The notes beneath the pieces are model-generated. The model was not told where the DNA came from, did no database searches, and saw only the letters and a list, made by a program, of their open reading frames with translations. Below are positions 1 through 8,048 of a stretch of 64,000 bases of DNA, in pieces (the first letter of the stretch is position 1; every line of letters begins with the position of its first letter). The stretch covers positions 3,745,941 through 3,809,940 of the forward strand of contig WTGQ01000002.1 of the NCBI GenBank assembly GCA_011525365.1. Reading direction: 5' to 3'. The translations under genes and the position numbers were made by a program. The stretch is from Acidobacteriota bacterium. Its GTDB lineage: Bacteria > Acidobacteriota > Thermoanaerobaculia > Multivoradales > Multivoraceae.

Positions 1-17
1 CTGTCATGGCGCCGATT

Positions 18-821
18 CTATTCGCCCCAGCGGAGCTTGCTGCGCAGGGCGTCGTAGTGGGTCTGGCCATCGACCCTGGCGAGCAGCGCCTTCGACTCCG
101 AGGCGGTCACGACCACCCGATCTCCGCCATGGAGCCTGGCCCCCTCCTGGCCGTCCAGCGTGAGGTAGACCTCCTCGTCCAGGCTGCCCAGGGTCATCGC
201 GATCGTGCTCCGCTCCGGCACCACGATCGGCCGCATCGACAGGGTGTGAGGCGAAATCGGCGTCAGCAACGCGACCGGCAGCGTCGGGTAGAGGATCGGC
301 CCGCCGGCCGAAAGGCTGTACGCCGTCGAGCCGGTCGGCGTCGAGACGATCAGGCCGTCCGCCCGGTAGCGGGCCACCGGCTCACCGTCGATCTCGACCG
401 CCAGATCGATCATCCGGGCCAGGGCGCTCTTGTGCACGACCGCGTCGTTGAGCGCGCGGTAGCGCTCCACGCCGCCCGCCGCGTGCCGCAACTCGACGTC
501 CAGGAGCAGTCTCTCCTCGACCTCGAACCGTCCCTCGAGGATCGCCCCCAGGTTCGCGTACAGGCGGTCGAGACCGATCTCGGCCAGATAGCCGAGGCTG
601 CCGAGATTGACGCCCACGATCGGCACTTCCGGCCGGCTGCGCGCCACCGAGAGCAGCGTGCCGTCGCCGCCGAGGACGACGATCAGCCCCAGGCCCGGCG
701 CGTCGACGTCGCCCAGGTCCACGCCGCGCTCTCGAAGCCAGGTCTCGACCTCGGCGGCGGTGGCGGCCGCCCGCTTGCTCTCCGGCTTGGCGACGACCGC
801 CACTTCCTGGATCCTGGTCAC
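18..821 (-). CDS. nadK: NAD(+) kinase
   Basis: 267-aa translation with the GGDGT motif and typical NadK/PpnK layout. High-GC codon bias is consistent with a real gene. Confidence 0.85.
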   Translation of the reverse strand: MTRIQEVAVVAKPESKRAAATAAEVETWLRERGVDLGDVDAPGLGLIVVLGGDGTLLSVARSRPEVPIVGVNLGSLGYLAEIGLDRLYANLGAILEGRFEVEERLLLDVELRHAAGGVERYRALNDAVVHKSALARMIDLAVEIDGEPVARYRADGLIVSTPTGSTAYSLSAGGPILYPTLPVALLTPISPHTLSMRPIVVPERSTIAMTLGSLDEEVYLTLDGQEGARLHGGDRVVVTASESKALLARVDGQTHYDALRSKLRWGE

Positions 822-825
822 GACC

Positions 826-1554
826 TCATGTCCTGAAGTGGGCGAAGATCTCGCGGTTGCCTGCCGGTCCCCGGAGGTCGCAGTCTACCGAGGCTCTGAA
901 CTCGAGGCCCAGTGCGCCGAGTTCGCCGATGCGCCGGGAGGCGATCTCCCGCCGCAGTTCGTCGTCCCGCACCACGCCGCCCTTGCCGACCTGACCCCGG
1001 CCGACCTCGAACTGGGGCTTGATCAGGACCAGCAGGTCGGCGCCGGCGGCGAGGTGCGGGAGCAGCGCCGGCGCCACCTTGACCACCGAAATGAAGGAGA
1101 CGTCGACGGTGGCGATCCGGCAGCGCTCGGGCAGGGCGTCCGATGGCAGGTGGCGGGCATTGACGCGCTCCATGACCACCACGCGGGGGTCGTTCCGCAA
1201 ACCCGCGTCGAGCTGGCCGTAGCCGACGTCCACGGCGTAGACCCGCGCCGCTCCGTGCGCCAGCAGGCAGTCGGTGAACCCACCGGTCGAGGCGCCGACA
1301 TCGAGGCAGACGGCGTCCGTCGGATCGACCCCGAACTCTCGCAGCGCCTGTTCGAGCTTTCGGCCACCGCGCGAGGCGTAGGGCTCCGCGCGGCCCCGCA
1401 CCTCGATCTTGACATCGACGTCCACCGCGATCCCCGGCTTGTCGCGGCGCTCGCCGTCGACCCGGATCCAGCCCGCCATCACGGCTCGCTTCGCCTGCTC
1501 CCGGCTGGCGAACAGCCCGCGCTCGACCAGCAGTTGATCGAGCCGCTGCCTCAC
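826..1554 (-). CDS. tlyA: TlyA-family 23S rRNA 2'-O-ribose methyltransferase (hemolysin A-like)
   Basis: S4-like N-terminus (RLDQLLVERGL) plus FtsJ-type methyltransferase motifs (DVGASTGGFTD). True start is probably the GTG at 1554 overlapping the stop of the upstream gene; the ORF-track N-terminal extension is an artefact. Confidence 0.8.
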   Translation of the reverse strand: MRQRLDQLLVERGLFASREQAKRAVMAGWIRVDGERRDKPGIAVDVDVKIEVRGRAEPYASRGGRKLEQALREFGVDPTDAVCLDVGASTGGFTDCLLAHGAARVYAVDVGYGQLDAGLRNDPRVVVMERVNARHLPSDALPERCRIATVDVSFISVVKVAPALLPHLAAGADLLVLIKPQFEVGRGQVGKGGVVRDDELRREIASRRIGELGALGLEFRASVDCDLRGPAGNREIFAHFRT

Positions 1555-2444
1555 GAGCCGCGGTGGACCAGGAAGGCGACCAGGGCCCTGAACAACCCGC
1601 GCCCGGAGGGCAAGCCCTCGATCAGCCCCAGGCACCGGTCCGCCGCCTGCTGCGCCTTCTTCCGGCTGCCCTCGAGGCCGAACAGGCCCGGATAGGTCAG
1701 CTTTCCGGCCCGCCGGTCCTTGCCGGGCGTCTTGCCGAGTTCCTCCGAGCTGCCGACCTCGTCCAGGATGTCGTCGCCGATCTGAAACAGGAGACCCAGC
1801 TCGGCGCCGATCCGGCCGGCCTGCTCGATTCCCCCGGGTCCCGCGCCCGCGTAGACGCCGCCGAGCCGCGTGCTCGCCTCGATCAGGGCCCCCGTCTTCA
1901 GACGGTGGATCCGTTCGAGCGAGTCGGCGTCGGCCCCGCGCACCGCGCCCTCGTGCTGGAGATCGAAGACCTGGCCGCCGATCATCCCCGCCGTTCCGAC
2001 CGCGTCCGCCACCAGCCGGACCGCCTCCAGCCGCCGTTCGGGCGGCGCCGACGCCGGTTCGCGGGCCAGGACCTCGTAGGCCCGGTTCAGCAGCGCGTCG
2101 CCGGCGAGCACCGCCATCGCCTCTCCCCGCGCTCGGTGCAGGGTCGGCCTCCCCCGGCGCAGGTCGTCGTCGTCCAGGGCCGGCAGATCGTCATGGATCA
2201 GGCTGAACGTGTGAACCATCTCCAGAGCCGCTCCGCCCACCAGCAGGTCCGCGCGGGCGCCGCCCCAGGCTTCGCCGGCTAGAACGACCAGGGCAGGCCG
2301 GACCCGCTTCCCGCCCGCGAACACGCTGTACCGCATCGCCTCGTGGATTTCAGCCGGCTCGGTTTCCGCGTCCGGCAACAGCCGGTCCAGCGCCTCGTCG
2401 ACCTCCGGTCTGAGGGTGGACAGGAAGGAGGGGAAGTCGTTCAC
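1551..2444 (-). CDS. ispA: Polyprenyl diphosphate synthase (FPP/GGPP synthase)
   Basis: First and second aspartate-rich motifs present (LIHDDLPALDDDD, FQIGDDILD). The Arg/Gly-rich N-terminal 73 aa of the ORF is non-genic; a GTG at 2444 overlaps the upstream stop in a GTGA arrangement. Confidence 0.8.
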   Translation of the reverse strand: MNDFPSFLSTLRPEVDEALDRLLPDAETEPAEIHEAMRYSVFAGGKRVRPALVVLAGEAWGGARADLLVGGAALEMVHTFSLIHDDLPALDDDDLRRGRPTLHRARGEAMAVLAGDALLNRAYEVLAREPASAPPERRLEAVRLVADAVGTAGMIGGQVFDLQHEGAVRGADADSLERIHRLKTGALIEASTRLGGVYAGAGPGGIEQAGRIGAELGLLFQIGDDILDEVGSSEELGKTPGKDRRAGKLTYPGLFGLEGSRKKAQQAADRCLGLIEGLPSGRGLFRALVAFLVHRGS

Positions 2445-2698
2445 GCGTCCGGCAGCACCTCGGGCGCCGGCAGAGCCTCGGCCACCAGCATGACCGGCAC
2501 GTCGCTCACGATCGGATAGACGAGACCGGATTCCGGGCACCAGAGCCCCTCGGAGACCTCGGGCTCCTCGTCGCCGAAGTGCTCCCGGTAGCGGGCGACG
2601 AGCCGCCCGCACACTTCCGCCGGCAACGGCACGAGTTGAAGCGGCCCCTTCGACCTGGGGCACACCAGCAGTTCGAGCAGTTCCGGATCCACAGCCAC
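2441..2698 (-). CDS. Trm112/DUF343 family small protein
   Basis: 85-aa ORF with the LLELLVCP...KGPL signature of Trm112p-like proteins. Confidence 0.6.
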   Translation of the reverse strand: MAVDPELLELLVCPRSKGPLQLVPLPAEVCGRLVARYREHFGDEEPEVSEGLWCPESGLVYPIVSDVPVMLVAEALPAPEVLPDA

Positions 2699-2705
2699 TT
2701 GCGCG

Positions 2706-3257
2706 CTACCTCGACCAGCGAAGAAGGAGGGAGTTCATTCCCGGGTTGCGACGATAGTAGGACGAGTTGGACATATGGAAGAAGCCGAAGCTCACCCGCG
2801 ATCCGTCCCGCAGCCGCCGTCCGACCGCGATCCCGGTGCGAAACTCGAACTCGCCGCCGATGTCCTTGCCGTCTCCCTTCTCGTAGAAACCTACCGAGGT
2901 GCCAGACTCGATGAACCAGAGCCGCCCGAGGTTGATCCGCTTGTCGGTGCCGGCGTAGAGGAAGAACGACTCGTCGGCGGTAACGAAGGCACCCACGTGC
3001 GGACCCAGCCCCAGACACCAGTCGGTGGCGAAGCGGTGCTCGATACCGACCTCGACGGTCTCATGGCCCTTGCCGAAGTCGGTCACTCCGGTGCTTACTC
3101 TCAGACCCGACTCGTCGGCCCGGCTGGGCCCGGCGTGCTCCCCGGCCGCGTTGCAGGCGAAGGTGGGCGGGGCGGCCAGACTCCCCAACAAAAGCAGAAG
3201 TGGCGCTACGTTGCGGGGACCGGGGTAGCGCACGGCCGCGTAGCCTACCCTCCGCAT
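2706..3257 (-). CDS. PagL-like lipid A 3-O-deacylase / outer-membrane acyloxyacyl hydrolase family protein
   Basis: Signal peptide (MRRVGYAAV...LLLLGSLAAP) and a C-terminal HMSNSS motif typical of the PagL family. Size ~184 aa from the internal Met at 3257; the upstream part of the ORF is low-complexity. Confidence 0.55.
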   Translation of the reverse strand: MRRVGYAAVRYPGPRNVAPLLLLLGSLAAPPTFACNAAGEHAGPSRADESGLRVSTGVTDFGKGHETVEVGIEHRFATDWCLGLGPHVGAFVTADESFFLYAGTDKRINLGRLWFIESGTSVGFYEKGDGKDIGGEFEFRTGIAVGRRLRDGSRVSFGFFHMSNSSYYRRNPGMNSLLLRWSR

Positions 3258-3277
3258 ACAATGCGCGCGTGGACGAA

Positions 3278-4156
3278 ATGTCGGCAGACCCAACCTCTGG
3301 AGAACCAGCGCGACCGCCGATTTCGGCCCTCGTGACCACCTACAACGAGGAGCGTCACATTGCCGACTGCCTGGCGTCCCTCGACTGGTGCGACGAAGTG
3401 CTCGTCGTCGACTCGTTCTCCACCGACCGCACGCCGGAGATCGTGCGCCAGTGCGAGCGCGCCCGCTTCGTCCAGCGCACCTACTACGGTTCCGCGTCGC
3501 AGAAGAACTGGGCCATGGACCAGACGCGGAACGAGTGGGTGCTGATTCTCGACGCCGACGAACGCTGCACACCCGAACTCCGGGCGGAAGTCACGGCGCT
3601 GTTTTGCAACGGAGAGCCGGCCCACGACGCGTACACGATCAAGCGCCGCGTGTTCTTCCTGGACAGGGTGATCCGCTTCTCCGGCTGGCAGCACGACCGC
3701 GTCGTCCGGCTGCTGCGCCGCGACGCGGGCCGGTACCCGAACCGGCGCGTACACGCCGACATGTGGACCCGGACGCCGGCGCCGGTGCTCCGGTGTCCCA
3801 TGGACCACTTCATGGTCGACGACCTGCTTTCCTACTCCCGGAGGATCCAGCGCTACAGTTGGTGGGGTGCCGCCCAGCTCTGGCGCGACGGCCGCCGGTC
3901 CGGCCCGGCCGAGGTCCTGGGGCGCTCGCTGTGGCGCTTCCTGCGCACCTACGGCCTGCAGCTCGGCGTGCTCGACGGCATGCGCGGTCTCGTGTTCTGC
4001 CTGCTCCAGGCCTATGGCACGTACCTCAAGTGGTCCTACGTATGGTCGTGGCGCGTGAACCAGCGGCGCGGCATCGAGCCGCCGCTGCCGTCCTTCGACG
4101 ACAGCAAGAGCACCTGGCGGGGCCTGACCGAGCTCGAGCCCGGAACCGCCAAGTAG
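3278..4156 (+). CDS. Family 2 glycosyltransferase (LPS-core type)
   Basis: ISALVTTYNEERHI...VLVVDSFSTD...LILDADE is a GT-A fold signature with a DxD motif. Start chosen at the Met (MSADPTS) that avoids overlap with the divergent PagL-like gene. Confidence 0.75.
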   Translation: MSADPTSGEPARPPISALVTTYNEERHIADCLASLDWCDEVLVVDSFSTDRTPEIVRQCERARFVQRTYYGSASQKNWAMDQTRNEWVLILDADERCTPELRAEVTALFCNGEPAHDAYTIKRRVFFLDRVIRFSGWQHDRVVRLLRRDAGRYPNRRVHADMWTRTPAPVLRCPMDHFMVDDLLSYSRRIQRYSWWGAAQLWRDGRRSGPAEVLGRSLWRFLRTYGLQLGVLDGMRGLVFCLLQAYGTYLKWSYVWSWRVNQRRGIEPPLPSFDDSKSTWRGLTELEPGTAK

Positions 4157-4174
4157 CAGGTCGCCGCGGCCGCG

Positions 4175-4960
4175 TCAGTCGACCGGGAGCAGCAGCGACT
4201 CGATCCTCGAGGCCCTGCCCGTCGCCTCGTCCGCGTCGACGAGGGCGGCCGCCAGCCGGACATCCCGCCTGGCGACCTCGAAGCCGGCAGGCGTGTTCAG
4301 GAGAAAGCGCTTGAGCGCCCGGTCGGCGCGCACGCCGATCACCGAGTCGTAGGGACCGGTCATGCCAACGTCCGTCACCAGTGCCGTGCCCTGCGGCAGG
4401 ACGCGGGCGTCGGCGGTTGGCACGTGGGTGTGGGTGCCGAGCACCGCGGTCACCCTGCCGTCCAGGTGGTAGGCGAACGCCTGCTTCTCGCTCGTCGCCT
4501 CGGCGTGGAAGTCGACCAGGACGATGCGGATCGCCGGATCCAGGTCGGCCAGGATGGAGTCGGCGGCGGCGAACGGCGAGGGCAGCGGCTTCATGAAGGT
4601 CTGACCCTCCAGGTTGATCACCGCGTACGGCGTCCCCACCGGCAACTCGCCGACGAAGACCCCCACTCCGGGGTTCCCTTCCGGGTAGTTCGCGGGCCGC
4701 AGCAGGTTCGGGATCCGGTCGTAGTACGGCACGCCCTCCTTTTTCGCCCAGGCGTGGTTGCCGGTCGTCATGCAGTCGATCGGCAGGTCCGAGAGCTCCT
4801 TGAGCACCCCGGGCGTTACACCGCTGCCGCCGGCCGCGTTCTCGACGTTGACGACGGCCGCGTCGACCCGGTGGCGGTCGATCAGCTCGGGCAGCAGCCG
4901 GGACAGCGCTCGCCGCCCCGGCTTGCCGACCACGTCGCCGACGAAGAGGAACCGGGCCAT
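4175..4960 (-). CDS. ymdB: YmdB-like metallophosphoesterase (TIGR00282)
   Basis: MARFLFVGDVVGKPGR...GNHAW...GTHTHVPTAD are calcineurin-like phosphoesterase motifs. Lies immediately downstream of rny, as in the conserved rny-ymdB operon. Confidence 0.85.
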   Translation of the reverse strand: MARFLFVGDVVGKPGRRALSRLLPELIDRHRVDAAVVNVENAAGGSGVTPGVLKELSDLPIDCMTTGNHAWAKKEGVPYYDRIPNLLRPANYPEGNPGVGVFVGELPVGTPYAVINLEGQTFMKPLPSPFAAADSILADLDPAIRIVLVDFHAEATSEKQAFAYHLDGRVTAVLGTHTHVPTADARVLPQGTALVTDVGMTGPYDSVIGVRADRALKRFLLNTPAGFEVARRDVRLAAALVDADEATGRASRIESLLLPVD

Positions 4961-4970
4961 CAGGACTCTC

Positions 4971-6539
4971 TCAGCGCGCGTACTCGATCGACCGCGACTC
5001 CCGGATCACGGTGACCTTGATCTGGCCCGGATACGTGAGTTCACTCTCGATCTTGCGCGCCACGTCACGGCTCAGCCACACGGCCTGCTCGTCGCTGATC
5101 TCCTTGCAGTCGACGATGACCCGAACCTCGCGGCCGGCCTGGATCGCGTAGCTCTTCTGAACGCCCTTGAACTTCGATGCCAGGTCCTCGAGCTTCTTGA
5201 GGCGCTTCATGTAGTTCTCGAGGATCTCCCGCCGGGCGCCGGGACGCGCGGCGGACACGGCGTCGGCGGCGGTGACGAGAACCGCCTCGACCGTCTCCGG
5301 GTCGTAGTCGCCGTGGTGACAGGCCATCGCGTGCACCACCTCCTCGCTCTCGCCGTAGCGACGCAGCAGGTCGATGCCGATCTCCAGGTGCGTGCCGTCG
5401 ATCTCGCGGTCCACCGCCTTGCCGATGTCGTGGACCAGGCCGGCGCGCTTGGCGACATGGACATCGGCCTTCAACTCGCCCGCCATGGCGCCGGCCAGGA
5501 AGGCGACCTCCTTGCTGTGCTGGAGGACGTTCTGGCCGTAGGAGGTGCGGAACCGGAGCCGGCCCAGCAGCGTGACCAACTCGGGGTGAAGACCGGACAG
5601 GTTGAGCTCCAGCAGGGCCTCGCTGCCCTCGCGCTGCACTCGATCCTCGAACTCCGACTTGACCTTGGCGGCCACCTCCTCGATGCGGGCCGGGTGGATG
5701 CGGCCGTCGGCGATCAGGCGTTCCAGCGTGACGCGCGCGATCTCCCGCCGGAACGGGTCGAAGCCCGAGAGGATGACCGCCTCCGGCGTGTCGTCCACGA
5801 TCAGGTCGACACCGGTGGTCAGCTCCAGGGCGCGAATGTTCCTACCCTCGCGGCCGATGATCCGCCCCTTCATCTCGTCGTTCGGCAGCATGACCACCGA
5901 GACCGTCGTCTCCGAGACGTAGTCGGACGCCGAACGCTCGACCGCCAGGCTGATGATCCGCTGGGCCTCGCGCTGGGCCGACTCCCGGGCCTCGTCCTCG
6001 ATCCGCTTCGCCAGGTGCGCCGACTCCATGCGCACCTCGTGTTCGAGACTGTGGCTCAGCTCCTCGCGCGCCTGCTGCACGGTCAGTCCGGACACCCGCT
6101 CCAGTTGCCGGCGAACCTCCTGCAGCCGTTCTCCGACCTCGGCCTCTTCGACCTCGAGGCGGCTTTCGGCCTCTCCAAGCGCCCGCTGCCGTCCGTTCAG
6201 TTCCTGCTCGAGCGACTCGAGCGCGGCCGCCTTTTCGCGGGAGCGCGCGCGCCGCTCGTTCAGCTTCCGCTCGCGCTCCTCCATCGCGCGGCGCTGCTCC
6301 GCCGTCGAGCGCTCGAACTCCGAGCGAAGGGTCAGCAACTCTTCCTTCGCCGCCAGCTCCTGTTCCCGGCGCCTGGCCGCGCAGTCGCGCTCGGTCTCTT
6401 CGACGAGGCCCTCGGCCTGGCGCCTCGCCTCTTTGATCAACTTCGCCGCGCTACGCCGTCCGACAAGGTTCCAAAGCAGCCAGGCAGCCGCCAGCGTCGC
6501 CGTTGCTATGCCCGCGGCAATGAGTGTGGTTTCGGTCAT
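4971..6539 (-). CDS. rny: Ribonuclease Y
   Basis: N-terminal TM helix, long coiled-coil, KH domain (VMLPNDEMKGRIIGREGRNIRALE) and HD domain (HSKEVAFLAG...HDIGK). Confidence 0.9.
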   Translation of the reverse strand: MTETTLIAAGIATATLAAAWLLWNLVGRRSAAKLIKEARRQAEGLVEETERDCAARRREQELAAKEELLTLRSEFERSTAEQRRAMEERERKLNERRARSREKAAALESLEQELNGRQRALGEAESRLEVEEAEVGERLQEVRRQLERVSGLTVQQAREELSHSLEHEVRMESAHLAKRIEDEARESAQREAQRIISLAVERSASDYVSETTVSVVMLPNDEMKGRIIGREGRNIRALELTTGVDLIVDDTPEAVILSGFDPFRREIARVTLERLIADGRIHPARIEEVAAKVKSEFEDRVQREGSEALLELNLSGLHPELVTLLGRLRFRTSYGQNVLQHSKEVAFLAGAMAGELKADVHVAKRAGLVHDIGKAVDREIDGTHLEIGIDLLRRYGESEEVVHAMACHHGDYDPETVEAVLVTAADAVSAARPGARREILENYMKRLKKLEDLASKFKGVQKSYAIQAGREVRVIVDCKEISDEQAVWLSRDVARKIESELTYPGQIKVTVIRESRSIEYAR

Positions 6540-6544
6540 CGGCC

Positions 6545-6770
6545 CTCAATCCGGGCAGAAGGGCATCCCCCGCGGGGCCGTGTGAACGCGCCCCGACACA
6601 GAACCAGAGCGGGACCAGGTGGGTGTCCGCGCCACCCGCCGTCAGCGTCCCCGTTCGAGCGGGGCTGGCACGGGCGAGCAGTTGAAGGACTCCCTTAACA
6701 AGAGCGATGGTTCCAACCACGGCTTTCATCACGAACCGCGCAGGGGATGCAAGGTCAAAGTTCCTTTCAG
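6545..6770 (-). ncRNA. ssrS: Putative 6S RNA (ssrS) candidate
   Basis: ~230-nt non-coding gap immediately downstream of zapA on the same strand; zapA-ssrS synteny is widely conserved. The call rests on context only and the secondary structure was not verified. Confidence 0.25.
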
Positions 6771-6776
6771 CAACAG

Positions 6777-7094
6777 TCAGGCGTCGAGGACCGCCTCCAG
6801 GTCGGAGGTCAGACTCGATACGCGCTCGACCAGCTCCTGGTAGCGCCCGTCGTCCGCTTCTCCGCCGCCGTTGGCCTCGTTGGCGAGATTCAACGCGGCG
6901 AGGATGGCAATCTGATTCGGCTCCAGATTCGGCGCCTGGTCAGCGACCTCCCGCATCTTGCGATCGACCTTCTCCGCGAGTACGCGAAGCCGGTCCGCAG
7001 CGACCGTTCCATCCTCGCGGAGGGAATAGGGAACGCCGAAGATCTCCACCGCGACAGTCGCCGCAACTTCTTCCTGACGTTCACTTTCGGCCAT
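6777..7094 (-). CDS. zapA: Cell division protein ZapA
   Basis: ~105-aa product from the internal Met (MAESERQEEVAATVAVEIFGVPYSL...) with a ZapA-like N-terminal domain and C-terminal coiled coil. The upstream ORF extension is Arg-rich junk. Confidence 0.65.
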   Translation of the reverse strand: MAESERQEEVAATVAVEIFGVPYSLREDGTVAADRLRVLAEKVDRKMREVADQAPNLEPNQIAILAALNLANEANGGGEADDGRYQELVERVSSLTSDLEAVLDA

Positions 7095-7137
7095 TTCTCG
7101 ACACCCTCGTGCGCGAGCACTATAGCAGCCGGCCGCG

Positions 7138-7353
7138 TCAGGAATCGTCGTCGGCCAGAAGCTCCTCGAGCCCCTCGGCCAGCGCCTCGACCCGCTGACC
7201 GATCTCGGCACGCTCCTCGGCGGCACGCTTCTCGGCCGCTTCGAGTTCGGCGGTCAACTCCCGCGTCCGCTCGCGCTCGGCAGCCAGCGCCTCCTTGGCG
7301 CGCTGAATCGCCGCCTCGAGGCGCGCGACCGCGTCGACCGCCCCCTCAGGCAT
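7138..7353 (-). CDS. Small coiled-coil protein (ZapB-like?)
   Basis: 71-aa entirely alpha-helical, Ala/Glu-rich heptad sequence sitting between rplT and zapA. Confidence 0.4.
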   Translation of the reverse strand: MPEGAVDAVARLEAAIQRAKEALAAERERTRELTAELEAAEKRAAEERAEIGQRVEALAEGLEELLADDDS

Positions 7354-7736
7354 CAGGATGACGAGGCCGAACCCGCGCCCGCTTCTAGCGCTCCCCGCGC
7401 GGCCGTCGCTATGGCGGCGAATCCCTCGGCATCGCGCACCGCGAGGTCGGCGAGCATCTTCCGGTTCAACTCGATGCCGGCAAGCCGGAGTCCCGACATC
7501 AACCGGCTGTAGGAGAGCCCGTTCAGACGCGCGGCGGCGTTGATCCGGACGATCCAGAGGCTCCGGAACTGGCGCTTCCGCTGCCGCCGGTCGCGGTAGG
7601 AGTAGGCGAGCGACCGGTCGACCGCCTGCTTGGCTATCCGGTGGCCCTTCGACTTGACGCCGTAGTAGCCCTTCGCCTGCTTGAGGATCTTCTTCCGCCG
7701 GCGGGCGCGCCGGCTGCCCCGTTTCACTCGTGCCAT
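7353..7736 (-). CDS. rplT: 50S ribosomal protein L20
   Basis: [26 protein letters not shown]... is an unmistakable L20 sequence. Confidence 0.9.
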   Translation of the reverse strand: MARVKRGSRRARRRKKILKQAKGYYGVKSKGHRIAKQAVDRSLAYSYRDRRQRKRQFRSLWIVRINAAARLNGLSYSRLMSGLRLAGIELNRKMLADLAVRDAEGFAAIATAARGALEAGAGSASSS

Positions 7737-7763
7737 CGTCGTATGCCCCTTAGCCCGGGCGAG

Positions 7764-7955
7764 CTAGCGGATCATCCCCCTGATCGCCCTGGCGAAACCG
7801 CCGACGACATCGGTCTGCTTCCGCAGCTTCCGCTTCCGGCCCTGCGCCTTCTTGGTCTGCATATGGTTCATCATCGAGTGCCTGCGCTTCACCTTGCCCT
7901 TGGCGGTGAGCTTGAAGCGCTTGGCCGCTCCACGGTGCGTTTTCTGCTTGGGCAT
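7764..7955 (-). CDS. rpmI: 50S ribosomal protein L35
   Basis: [26 protein letters not shown]... begins at the internal Met of the ORF and gives a 63-aa product. Confidence 0.85.
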   Translation of the reverse strand: MPKQKTHRGAAKRFKLTAKGKVKRRHSMMNHMQTKKAQGRKRKLRKQTDVVGGFARAIRGMIR

Positions 7956-8048
7956 TCCAGAGCCTCCTGTGGGGCTCGGAGGAGCCGCCGAACGGCGCAT
8001 ACTAGCCGGAAACGCGACTCCGGGCTAGCCGGTACAAGTGCGTTCGGA

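Noticed and set aside
6-836. 276-aa plus-strand ORF overlapping nadK
   Set aside because: It is antisense to a gene with clear NadK motifs. Its translation is Arg/Gly/Pro-rich low complexity, typical of a high-GC shadow ORF.
607-1695. 362-aa plus-strand ORF over tlyA
   Set aside because: Antisense or out-of-frame shadow; no recognisable domain; Ser/Pro/Arg-rich.
3388-4314. 308-aa plus-strand ORF inside the GT2 gene region
   Set aside because: It is in an alternative frame of the glycosyltransferase gene and has extreme Arg/Pro composition.
4758-6698. 646-aa plus-strand ORF spanning rny
   Set aside because: Antisense to RNase Y, which has unambiguous KH and HD domains.
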